Below are positions 56,020 through 64,000 of a stretch of 64,000 nt of DNA, in pieces. A program made the translations under genes and the position numbers. The stretch is from an uncultured Candidatus Saccharibacteria bacterium (GTDB taxonomy: Bacteria > Patescibacteriota > Doudnabacteria > UBA920): NCBI GenBank assembly GCA_964512925.1, contig CAZEKH010000003.1:80772-144771 (forward strand), written 5' to 3'. The stretch's first letter is position 1. Every line of letters begins with the position of its first letter. Below the pieces are notes generated by a model, which saw only the letters and a program-made list of their open reading frames with translations, had not been told where the DNA came from and did no database searches.

Positions 56020-57574
56020 TGGATTTAAGTTTTTTATAGTTAGTAACCACCACTCCGGAAAGCAGGAGGTTGATAAAAAAATACATCAGCACTTTGTCGT
56101 TAAACAAAGTAATGTCAAAAAACCCGGCTGCCAGAACCCATAGCGCGGCGAGAAAAAACTGCGCTGCCAAATAAATATAAAAATCTTTTTCTTTTAGATG
56201 CGCTTTTAAAAACTCAAACAATGTTTTTAAAACTTTGTAAAAAAACAGTAGGAATAAGCCCAAACCCACAAACCCTGTTTCCACAAACACCTGCAAAAAC
56301 AAACTATGCGCCGAGACAAACCTGGCTGGCAAATTATATTTCTCATTTACCCTACCTGCCAAATCTTCATAGGAAATTTTGCTTTCAGGATCTGCTGCCG
56401 CAACTAAAAAATTCTGCAGTCCAATGCCCCAGGGGTGTTTGGTGCCATAAATCAAACTGCTTTTCCAAATCTCAATTCGTCCCGCGTTAGAAGACTCTTT
56501 TAGATCATAAATGCTTTTCGCCCTGTCTAAAAAATTCTCTTCAAATTTTCCAATTCTGAGCGTTGACAATCCTTTGTTGATTAGTGGGGAAATAATCAGC
56601 AGTAAAAACAAAATCACAAACGGCCATTTAAATTTTTTTACCAAAGCCGGCATAAAATCCTTAAGCCAGGCTATGGCCACAGCCAAAACCGGAAGCATTG
56701 CTCCCGCCCAAACCGCCCGAGTGCCGGAAAGCATCACCCCCATACCGGCAAACCGAATGCCTGACCACAACCATTTTCGTATATGCACAAAAACTTCACG
56801 AGTCAATGCAGTCCCCAGACACAAACCGAACATACAAACATAAGCGAAAGACTGGGAATCCGGCATTATAGAAAACATTCTGAGATTTCTTCCGCCCACA
56901 TACGAAAACCAGGAATTGGAATATAAAGCTACGCTGGAAAAATAACTGCCATAGTACAGCTGGCTTATGTTGGAAGCCCAATACACCCAAAAAGTATCAA
57001 GGTTGGTTAAAAAAGTTCCAATCAGCTGGGCAAAACCCAAAGTTACTATAATTGTCAAAGACCAGATGGTAAATTTCACGGTTTGGGAAACCTGCTCTTT
57101 TGTTTTTATCACATTGCTTCCCACCAGATAAAACAAGTAAATATTCAAAAAAAATATCAACTGTTTTATTCCCGGAATTTTATATTCCGCAAAAGCCAGA
57201 ACAGAAAACACGGCTGCCAAAAAAAACCACAGCAAGTATTTGTCCCAAGGCAAAAATTCCACTGATTTTAACTGGAGTTTTTTTTCTTTTATTAACCAAA
57301 CCATAAAGAGCAAAACAAACAACGGCCGCCACATCGACAAGCTGTCAAAGGGCAGACCCGGCAAAACTAAAAAAAACGGAATAGATAATAATAAAAGTAA
57401 AAAACCTTTATAAGCGCCAAATAAAAAGATAAAAACAGAGATCAAAGTAAAATTCACCCAAACCAAATTCGGTGAGACACCAAGCATCCCTGTAAGGAGG
57501 ATAGAAATGTATTGCCAGATCACGAGCAAAATTATCAGGCTAAGTGTTTTATTTGATGTAAAATATTGAATCAT
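56012..57574 (-). CDS. O-antigen ligase/polymerase-like polytopic membrane protein (Wzy_C-type)
   Basis: At least 10 TM segments and a central periplasmic loop with ...SGTRAVWAGAML, typical of the O-antigen ligase family. Confidence 0.55.
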   Translation of the reverse strand: MIQYFTSNKTLSLIILLVIWQYISILLTGMLGVSPNLVWVNFTLISVFIFLFGAYKGFLLLLLSIPFFLVLPGLPFDSLSMWRPLFVLLFMVWLIKEKKLQLKSVEFLPWDKYLLWFFLAAVFSVLAFAEYKIPGIKQLIFFLNIYLFYLVGSNVIKTKEQVSQTVKFTIWSLTIIVTLGFAQLIGTFLTNLDTFWVYWASNISQLYYGSYFSSVALYSNSWFSYVGGRNLRMFSIMPDSQSFAYVCMFGLCLGTALTREVFVHIRKWLWSGIRFAGMGVMLSGTRAVWAGAMLPVLAVAIAWLKDFMPALVKKFKWPFVILFLLLIISPLINKGLSTLRIGKFEENFLDRAKSIYDLKESSNAGRIEIWKSSLIYGTKHPWGIGLQNFLVAAADPESKISYEDLAGRVNEKYNLPARFVSAHSLFLQVFVETGFVGLGLFLLFFYKVLKTLFEFLKAHLKEKDFYIYLAAQFFLAALWVLAAGFFDITLFNDKVLMYFFINLLLSGVVVTNYKKLKSNA

Positions 57575-58680
57575 TGGTTTTTAGTTAAAACCTTTAATGT
57601 CTCTTCAGCGCATTTTTTCCAGGAAAAATCTTTAAGTCTCATAGGTCCTTTGTCTGAAAGTTTTTGGGCAAAACTTTTATCAAGCAAAACCGCCTTAATG
57701 GCATTTTTTATTTCCTGGATATTTTTCGGGTCAAAATACACAGCCGCCTCCCCGGCCACTTCTGGCATACTGGAAATATTGGACGTTGCAACTGGCACAC
57801 CAACAGAGAACGCTTCCAAAATCTGCATACCAAACCCTTCATAAAAAGATGGCAAGACCAACAAATCCGCATTTTTCATAATTTCCATCCGATCGGAATC
57901 GCTGATATGGTTTAAATATATAACAAAATCTTTATTTTGTTCAATTTGTTCCAATATATTGCCGAATTTCCATCCTGGTTTCCCTACAACCACGAGCTTA
58001 TGCTTTATCTCCGGATTTTCGTTTTTTAAAAGTTTAAATGCGTCAATCAAACCTTCCAGATTTTTTCTGGGCTGTAAAGTTGAAAGAAACAAAACGTATT
58101 TAATATTATGTATTTGGTATTTTACAGTTACATCTGCCGTTAGCTCCTTTGAATTTAAATGATTATTAGCGATTTCTTCAAACCCGTGGTAAATAACATT
58201 AATATTTTCATTTTTTATGTTATAAAATTTTAAAATATCTTTTTTAGTGCTTTGTGAGACCGCGATGATTTTGGCCGCATTTTTTACCGCGAATCTCGTT
58301 GACCACTCCAAAAAATTCCTATTAAACCAGGTAAAAGTTTTTGGAAAAAATTTCCAAGCTAAATCGTGGATTGTGACAACTGACATTTTCGGGTGAAGAA
58401 GAGGCAGAGCCGAGGCGGGTATAAACAAAACATCCGGTTTATGCCAAAACATCTCCCAAGACAAACGGATTTGCGTCCAAAAAACCGGAAACGGCATTAT
58501 CTTCAAAGTAAAATTTTCCGGCAAACTTGAAAACCAGGCTTCAGGCCTGGTTCTTAAATACAAAACATACTTATTCTGCCTGTCAATTTCCGCCAAATGC
58601 AAGATTAATTGCTTTGCATAATGCTCAACGCCGGTTTTAACAGGGTTATTTGCTCGTTCAGCTTCTATGCCAATGATCAT
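57571..58680 (-). CDS. glycosyltransferase family 4
   Basis: EGFGMQILEAFSVGVPVATSNISSMPEVAGEAAVYFDP. Confidence 0.8.
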   Translation of the reverse strand: MIIGIEAERANNPVKTGVEHYAKQLILHLAEIDRQNKYVLYLRTRPEAWFSSLPENFTLKIMPFPVFWTQIRLSWEMFWHKPDVLFIPASALPLLHPKMSVVTIHDLAWKFFPKTFTWFNRNFLEWSTRFAVKNAAKIIAVSQSTKKDILKFYNIKNENINVIYHGFEEIANNHLNSKELTADVTVKYQIHNIKYVLFLSTLQPRKNLEGLIDAFKLLKNENPEIKHKLVVVGKPGWKFGNILEQIEQNKDFVIYLNHISDSDRMEIMKNADLLVLPSFYEGFGMQILEAFSVGVPVATSNISSMPEVAGEAAVYFDPKNIQEIKNAIKAVLLDKSFAQKLSDKGPMRLKDFSWKKCAEETLKVLTKNQ

Positions 58681-58775
58681 AAACTCTTATATTTGCCTTG
58701 CCAGCCCAGCAAATTGATTAAAATATTTTTCCAAATTTTCCGCGTTTTTTATACTCATTTTTTTTAAAGTAAATA

Positions 58776-59006
58776 TCAGCAAATAATTCTTTGGATATAT
58801 ATCTCCTTTTTTCTCAAATGATTTTTTTTATCAGCTATGGTTGCGTCAAAAAGTTCTATTGCTCGTAAAAAAGCCGATTCTGACCTTAGAGGGATATTTT
58901 GTGTTTGCCATTTTAAAGCTCTACCAACCTCGCTGAGCACATTGGCCAACTGCATATAAACAGACAAGCTTTCCCATTTTTCTTTTAATATTAAATCGTT
59001 ATGCAT
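58776..59006 (-). CDS. hypothetical small protein
   Basis: 76-aa ORF. Confidence 0.25.
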   Translation of the reverse strand: MHNDLILKEKWESLSVYMQLANVLSEVGRALKWQTQNIPLRSESAFLRAIELFDATIADKKNHLRKKEIYIQRIIC

Positions 59007-59023
59007 TTATCCAAATAATGATA

Positions 59024-59251
59024 TTATTTGATGCTTCTCTGGGAATTTAAATCAACATTTTTCATATGCCTGTTCTGGGAAAAGCCACTTCCCGGCCTTA
59101 AGTCGGACAACTGTTCGTCAAGCCCAGAGTTATAGATAATCCAAACCAACCCGCCTCCGACTATTGCCGAAACAACAGCAATAAAAATTATAGGCCAAAT
59201 GCCTTGTCTTAAAAAAGGTTTGCGTTCAACAGCAATTTGTTTATTTTCCAT
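59024..59251 (-). CDS. hypothetical small membrane protein
   Basis: One TM segment IWPIIFIAVVSAIVGGGLVWIIY. Confidence 0.3.
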   Translation of the reverse strand: MENKQIAVERKPFLRQGIWPIIFIAVVSAIVGGGLVWIIYNSGLDEQLSDLRPGSGFSQNRHMKNVDLNSQRSIK

Positions 59252-59276
59252 ATGTTTATTTTAAATATTTGTATTT

Positions 59277-59711
59277 TTATTTTACCATATTTTTAAGGAT
59301 AATAGAAGTTTTGTATTTTCCTGAGAAATAAGATTTAAGCCTGTAAATTTTAGGCCGTGCGCCAAGACCTGCTAAAAGTTTTTTTAGGCCTTTTACATAA
59401 GCTTTTTGATCATAACCAAGAGCAATAATTTGAGGGTCTTCTTTTACTATATGATTCAAATAGTTTACTTTGGCCCCCAAAAGTGCCCGATCCACCAAAC
59501 TGCAGCTTCGGACATTTTGTAGCCGTTTTTTGTCATTATTAATCGGCTTATGTTTTTTGATTTTTTTTACATTGACTCCCCTAGCGACAGAAACGATCAA
59601 AAATGGGCTTTTTGACAAAGCGCGAGCCTGTTTAAAAAAATTAAGATGTCCTTTATGCAAAACATCAAATGTCCCGAAAACCATAATTTTTTCTTTTATA
59701 GTCTTCATCAA
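59277..59711 (-). CDS. cytidylyltransferase-like nucleotidyltransferase (HxGH family)
   Basis: VFGTFDVLHKGHLNFF HIGH-type motif near the N-terminus. 144 aa. Confidence 0.6.
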   Translation of the reverse strand: MMKTIKEKIMVFGTFDVLHKGHLNFFKQARALSKSPFLIVSVARGVNVKKIKKHKPINNDKKRLQNVRSCSLVDRALLGAKVNYLNHIVKEDPQIIALGYDQKAYVKGLKKLLAGLGARPKIYRLKSYFSGKYKTSIILKNMVK

Positions 59712-61156
59712 TTATTTTTTAAAAATGATTTTATAAAAATCAAATCTTCGCGGTTAAAAAATTTAGCCATATACAAACCGAGAGCATAGACAAAAACTCC
59801 CAGCGGGAGAACGAAGATCAAAGGTTGGGCGACAAAATAATATATAACTATTCCCATTAACAATGAAGCAAAAAAGGGCTTGCCAACATACTTAAAAAAA
59901 GAAAAATCCGTAATTTTGGTTTTTACAAAATAAAAATAAAAAATTGCTTGGATACTTTCCGATGCTACTGTCAAAAAAGCCGCCGCCAACACTCCGTATT
60001 TGGGAACTAAAATAATATTACCTATTATATTAAACAGCATATTCGCGCCCGTGATCGCCGCGGCTTTTTTGGTTTGTTGGGATATAACCAGCGAATTAAC
60101 CGGTATATACACAAACAAAATAGCAATCGCCCAAACCAAAACCGACAAAACCGGAGCTGAAGCGGCAAAATCCTTTCCCGCAACCAAAAGCACCAGAGGC
60201 TTAGCCAGCACAAAGCCGCCTACCGCCAACGGCAAAGCCACTGCTATCATCAGCCTTAAATATTTTTCCAAAGTCTCCCGCGCTTTTAAAACCTGCCCTC
60301 CGGCCACCAAAGCGGCAAAAATCGGAAATAAAATATGGGAAACCGAAGCCGGAAAAAAATTCAACAAATCCACGAATTTATATGCGGCTGTATAGATGCC
60401 GGTCTGTGCATAGCCTGTAAAATGGGAGATTATAACCACATCAATCCTGTTATAGATTGCGCTAAAGCCCGCCAGCAACGCAAACGGCCAGGCAGAGGAC
60501 AAAATATTTTTTATATTGCCAAAATGCCAAACCCTTATATTTTTTAAAATCTGCAAGCTGGGAATATGCGCTGTTATAAACCTGCGATACAATACAATAT
60601 CCACGAGCGCAAATACCGGCTGTATAACAGCTAAAAATACAATATACTTTTTTAAAAGCACGGCCAAAAATATCACAGCGATATTGACCAGGGAATTTAA
60701 AAAATTTATGAAAGCGACTTTTTTCAAATCCCCTTTTACAGTCATAACTGACAAAAAAGGAAAGGTTAAAGCGTTCAGACACATCCCCAGACCCGCAACT
60801 GCCACAGCCTGAAAAACAACCATTTCCAAATTTTTTAGCCAAGCGGTAAAAACTAAAGCGGTGAATAAAAAAACAGACAACAAAATTTCAAAGTTTAAAA
60901 AATCCTGAAAATACTCCTTCAGTTTTTCAGGATTTTCGCTCATTTTTTTGGTAATAAACTGCTGTACGCCAAAATCGGAAATTATGCCGAAAATCAACAC
61001 AAAGGACAATACAAACTGGTACTGCCCAGAACCGTACGGACCAAGATATCTGAACAAAACCGCATAAGCAAAAAACAGCATTGCAAGAGCGAGCGCGCGG
61101 GATGCTGACATCCAAAAAATATTTTTTGAAGCGTTGGGCATAAGGCAAATCTGCAA
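59708..61156 (-). CDS. polysaccharide flippase (Wzx / MOP superfamily)
   Basis: About 12 predicted TM helices. N-terminal pattern AYAVLFRYLGPYGSGQYQFVLSFVLIFGIISDFG typical of Wzx-type transporters. Confidence 0.7.
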   Translation of the reverse strand: MQICLMPNASKNIFWMSASRALALAMLFFAYAVLFRYLGPYGSGQYQFVLSFVLIFGIISDFGVQQFITKKMSENPEKLKEYFQDFLNFEILLSVFLFTALVFTAWLKNLEMVVFQAVAVAGLGMCLNALTFPFLSVMTVKGDLKKVAFINFLNSLVNIAVIFLAVLLKKYIVFLAVIQPVFALVDIVLYRRFITAHIPSLQILKNIRVWHFGNIKNILSSAWPFALLAGFSAIYNRIDVVIISHFTGYAQTGIYTAAYKFVDLLNFFPASVSHILFPIFAALVAGGQVLKARETLEKYLRLMIAVALPLAVGGFVLAKPLVLLVAGKDFAASAPVLSVLVWAIAILFVYIPVNSLVISQQTKKAAAITGANMLFNIIGNIILVPKYGVLAAAFLTVASESIQAIFYFYFVKTKITDFSFFKYVGKPFFASLLMGIVIYYFVAQPLIFVLPLGVFVYALGLYMAKFFNREDLIFIKSFLKNN

Positions 61157-61162
61157 AAACCG

Positions 61163-63034
61163 CTACTTGGTTATAACGTCGCCTTTGGCATACGCATCAA
61201 CTTCCGCTTGGGGCAAGTTAGCGACATTTTTAAAACTCAATCTTCGATTTTTAAAAGCCGCCGCTGTAAGCGCCCTAAGCTGGCCTTTTTCCACCAAGTA
61301 CACGGTTTTTTCCTTATCACCAGAAACCAATGCGCCGTTTTTCGGAGGATAAGCTATTCCTTCCGGCCATTCGGCTATCTCGCCAGGACTAAAGAAATAA
61401 TCCGGGGTAATTTTTCTGGTTTTGGCCACATAGGAAGAAATTTTATGCAATGAACCTTCTTTAAACAAATACATTTGTCCGGTTTTGGCATCAGCCAACC
61501 AAGTTACATCTTTTGGCACTGCAAACGAACCAATTGGAATTGAACTGACTTCTTCATCCGCTAAAACTGCAATATTTTTATAACTTAAGCCGCGATTTTT
61601 AAAGATCTCGGAAGAAAACGGGTGTTTAAAACCATTCTCTATCAAATAGACTGTTTGGTTTTTTTCCGACTTAACCAAAGTGCCGTCCAACGGAGCGACA
61701 AAGCCTTGCTTTAGATAAGTATTCAGCTCGTCATCCGGCACCAAGACCACCTGACTGGTTTTTACTTTCCGCTGCTTAAAAGTAAAAGAACTAAAAAGTT
61801 TTAAAGTACTGCCTTCAACCAGGTAAACCGCCTGGCCGATGTTGCCGCGAATTATTGTCCCCTCAGAAGGAGGCAAAACCGCTCCGGTTTCAAACAAAGA
61901 GCCTTCAGCCGCAGAAATGCTCAAAGCCAAAGAATTTAAAAGCCCTCTTTGTTTTAAAACAAATTCCGAAGCAGGGTATTTGATGTTGTTTAAAAATACG
62001 TATTGCTTCGGGTCCTGATCAATCTTTACAATAGTGTTATCAGCAGGTCCATAAACTTTGCTATCCGAATATGCGGAAAGCTCCGTTGGCGAAACAATAA
62101 TTTTTTTGCTTAAATCCAAAGTTCTGGCTTTTACCACAAAATCCGGAACAAGTTGTTTTAAGCCGTTTTGAATAATATAAATTTTTGAATCCGAAGCCAA
62201 AGAAAGAAGCGTGCCGTTCGGATATTTAAACCATTCTTGAAAATATTTCCAGAAATTATAATTGCCGTTAAAAACGTGAGGCGTATAGCGGTATAAAGCT
62301 GCGGTAGCTTTGTTTGACAGTGTGACTGATTGGCTAGGCTGGGCATTGTAAGGCTCGCCGGTAGTGTTTTCTATAATAACAGTTTCGCCCACCTGGGCTG
62401 CACGGCCATTGTATAAAGGACCCCTGCCGTTGGGTGATGAATAAGACTTAACCAATGACCTGGCGGCCCCCAAATACCTGTTGCCTTGCGAGTCAAAATT
62501 CCCAAAAAGCTGAAAGTAAAAACCTGGCAAAACATCCCCGCATCCCCCGCTGTCAGGACAAGCAAAACCCAAAGCCGCATTTAAGATTTTTTGCAGTTTT
62601 TCCGGCGGAACATTGGAATGGTTTGTAATCAATCCTTGTTCTTTTTGCAAAGTCACGAGTATCACCTGTGGGTTTAAACCGCTTTGTAAAGAAGCATCCC
62701 AAATCAGCTCGGCCGCTGTCCTTAGCCTTCCCAAGTTTGGCCGCGGATCCTCCAAACCCTCTTTTAAAATAGTGGCGGTCGGTTCTTTAAGCATAACTAA
62801 AAAAGCCGGATCCGTATTTGCTAAAACAGATTTTTTATTTTCTAAAAACTTTTGTATGCCTTCAGGACCGCCAAAAGTTTTAGTGTCAACAAAAACCCCG
62901 TCTTCTATCAGCTTGTTAGGGTTAAACAGCGGATCAACTGTCTGCGCCAAAACCAAGGTTGGAGCTTGAACAAGTAAAAAAGAAAAAAAATATACTAGAA
63001 GTTTTTTGATTTTGAACATTTTTGTTTTTTTCAT
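61163..63034 (-). CDS. secreted protein with five ~30-aa beta-type repeats (xTVYLIENGxKHPFxSxxFKxRxL)
   Basis: Signal peptide MKKTKMFKIKKLLVYFFSFLLVQAPTLVLAQT. Repeats such as QTVYLIENGFKHPFSSEIFKNRGLSYKN, KTVYLVEKGQLRALTAAAFKNRRLSFKN and GQMYLFKEGSLHKISSYVAKTRKITPD. Confidence 0.5.
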   Translation of the reverse strand: MKKTKMFKIKKLLVYFFSFLLVQAPTLVLAQTVDPLFNPNKLIEDGVFVDTKTFGGPEGIQKFLENKKSVLANTDPAFLVMLKEPTATILKEGLEDPRPNLGRLRTAAELIWDASLQSGLNPQVILVTLQKEQGLITNHSNVPPEKLQKILNAALGFACPDSGGCGDVLPGFYFQLFGNFDSQGNRYLGAARSLVKSYSSPNGRGPLYNGRAAQVGETVIIENTTGEPYNAQPSQSVTLSNKATAALYRYTPHVFNGNYNFWKYFQEWFKYPNGTLLSLASDSKIYIIQNGLKQLVPDFVVKARTLDLSKKIIVSPTELSAYSDSKVYGPADNTIVKIDQDPKQYVFLNNIKYPASEFVLKQRGLLNSLALSISAAEGSLFETGAVLPPSEGTIIRGNIGQAVYLVEGSTLKLFSSFTFKQRKVKTSQVVLVPDDELNTYLKQGFVAPLDGTLVKSEKNQTVYLIENGFKHPFSSEIFKNRGLSYKNIAVLADEEVSSIPIGSFAVPKDVTWLADAKTGQMYLFKEGSLHKISSYVAKTRKITPDYFFSPGEIAEWPEGIAYPPKNGALVSGDKEKTVYLVEKGQLRALTAAAFKNRRLSFKNVANLPQAEVDAYAKGDVITK

Positions 63035-63060
63035 TGTATAAATATGTTTAAAAATTTAAT

Positions 63061-64000
63061 CTATTTAAGATACGGCTCCCCTTTTGGCAGAGCTTCAAGG
63101 TCAGATGCGGAAACATTAGTTATTTTAAATGCTTTCAACCCTTTGTCCTGGTAAAAACCGGCGTTGATAGGGTGCAAAACTTCATTTACCACCCAAAACA
63201 AAGTTTTACTATTTTGAGCCCTAACAACCACCCCTTCTTCTAAAGGCCAAAAGTCTCCAGTGGGCCAAGAATCCATTTCCTCAAAAGATACTTGCTTCAC
63301 CTGGGAAAAATTATATTTTCTGGACTTAAAAACAGACAAGAGCACCGGGCGCTTTTTTCCTTTTGAAATGACAAATACGGAATTATCGCCAAACTGCTTT
63401 ACTAACGTACCCTCTTTAGGCATAGAAAAATACCCGGTGCTTAAACGGTCTATCTGGTATTGCGGCAAAATTTTTATTTCAGTTTTGGCAAATTTATCGG
63501 CCATCACCCACAAGGAAACAGGACGTTTTTCGCCCCCTAAGTATTCGTACACTTGACCGCCTTTTTCAGACTGCACAAGCTCGCCCTCTTTGGCATTTAC
63601 TCCGATACTAAAATCCGAACTTAAAGCTTTTTGCGCATTTATTCTGCCCTTGCCTAAAAGGCCATTGCAGTTCTGACCTAAGCAATTGGTTAAATTCAGA
63701 TAATCAACAGGGTCGGCTGTTTCAATAATCTTATCCCGGATTTGAGCATTAGTTGCCTGAGGGTAAAGAGAAAACAGCAAAGCCGCCTCTCCGGAAACCA
63801 GCGGCGCGGCCAGCGAAGTTCCAGTGCCGTAAGCGTATGAATTTGAAGCTTTCACTCTGGTTAAAGGGTCAAAATTTATGGAAGACAACATCCTTTTTCC
63901 CGGCGCTGACACATCAATACAATTTTTTCCAAAGTTGGCAAAAGCGGGCTTCTGATCTTTCTCGTCCAAGGCCGTGACACCCAATACCATATTTTGAGTA
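63061..64000 (-). CDS. subtilisin-like serine peptidase (S8), C-terminal part with the same repeat type. The N-terminus lies beyond the window end.
   Basis: GTSLAAPLVSGEAALLFS (catalytic Ser motif GTSxAAP), followed by repeats such as NSVFVISKGKKRPVLLSVFKSRKYNFSQV. The reading frame continues past 63990 to the window edge. Confidence 0.6.
   Translation of the reverse strand, partial: TQNMVLGVTALDEKDQKPAFANFGKNCIDVSAPGKRMLSSINFDPLTRVKASNSYAYGTGTSLAAPLVSGEAALLFSLYPQATNAQIRDKIIETADPVDYLNLTNCLGQNCNGLLGKGRINAQKALSSDFSIGVNAKEGELVQSEKGGQVYEYLGGEKRPVSLWVMADKFAKTEIKILPQYQIDRLSTGYFSMPKEGTLVKQFGDNSVFVISKGKKRPVLLSVFKSRKYNFSQVKQVSFEEMDSWPTGDFWPLEEGVVVRAQNSKTLFWVVNEVLHPINAGFYQDKGLKAFKITNVSASDLEALPKGEPYLK

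Overview
This is an AT-rich window in which almost every gene is on the minus strand. It looks like a small-genome bacterium, possibly Patescibacteria/CPR-like; that is inference only. Three blocks are evident. (1) Host genes at 1-11.1 kb: a murB/murC/murG cell-wall cluster interrupted by a patatin-like gene, three GT4 glycosyltransferases, a WbaP-type priming transferase, a plus-strand RNase P RNA with a textbook sigma70 promoter, and a SIMPL-family gene. (2) A temperate siphovirus-like prophage of about 31.4 kb at 11101-42559. Its modules are integrase, lysis, tail, capsid, portal-MuF fusion, terminase, HNH, ParB-like, RusA, DnaQ-like exonuclease and RecT. It is inserted into the last codons of rpsI (ribosomal protein S9), with 12-bp direct repeats 'cttcgcccactg' at both ends. 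(3) More host genes at 42.5-64 kb: the conserved rpsI-rplM and rplQ-rpoA-rpsD-rpsK-rpsM-rpmJ-infA ribosomal block, pgi-like, a short alaS, ctpA, and a second surface-glycan cluster (two GT2, O-antigen-ligase-like, GT4, cytidylyltransferase, Wzx flippase). The window ends with secreted repeat proteins and a subtilisin C-terminal fragment. Unusual items are listed in the findings. They include an opposite-strand two-gene moron inside the tail module, one protein of which is a stand-alone paralog of the portal-MuF C-terminus. Several GC-rich palindromic elements are inserted in-frame into the two GT2 genes. A short 'TAGGGCTAAG' repeat family lies in-frame in murB and murC. A hexanucleotide microsatellite lies in the phage early region. 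No CRISPR array, tRNA or rRNA was found.
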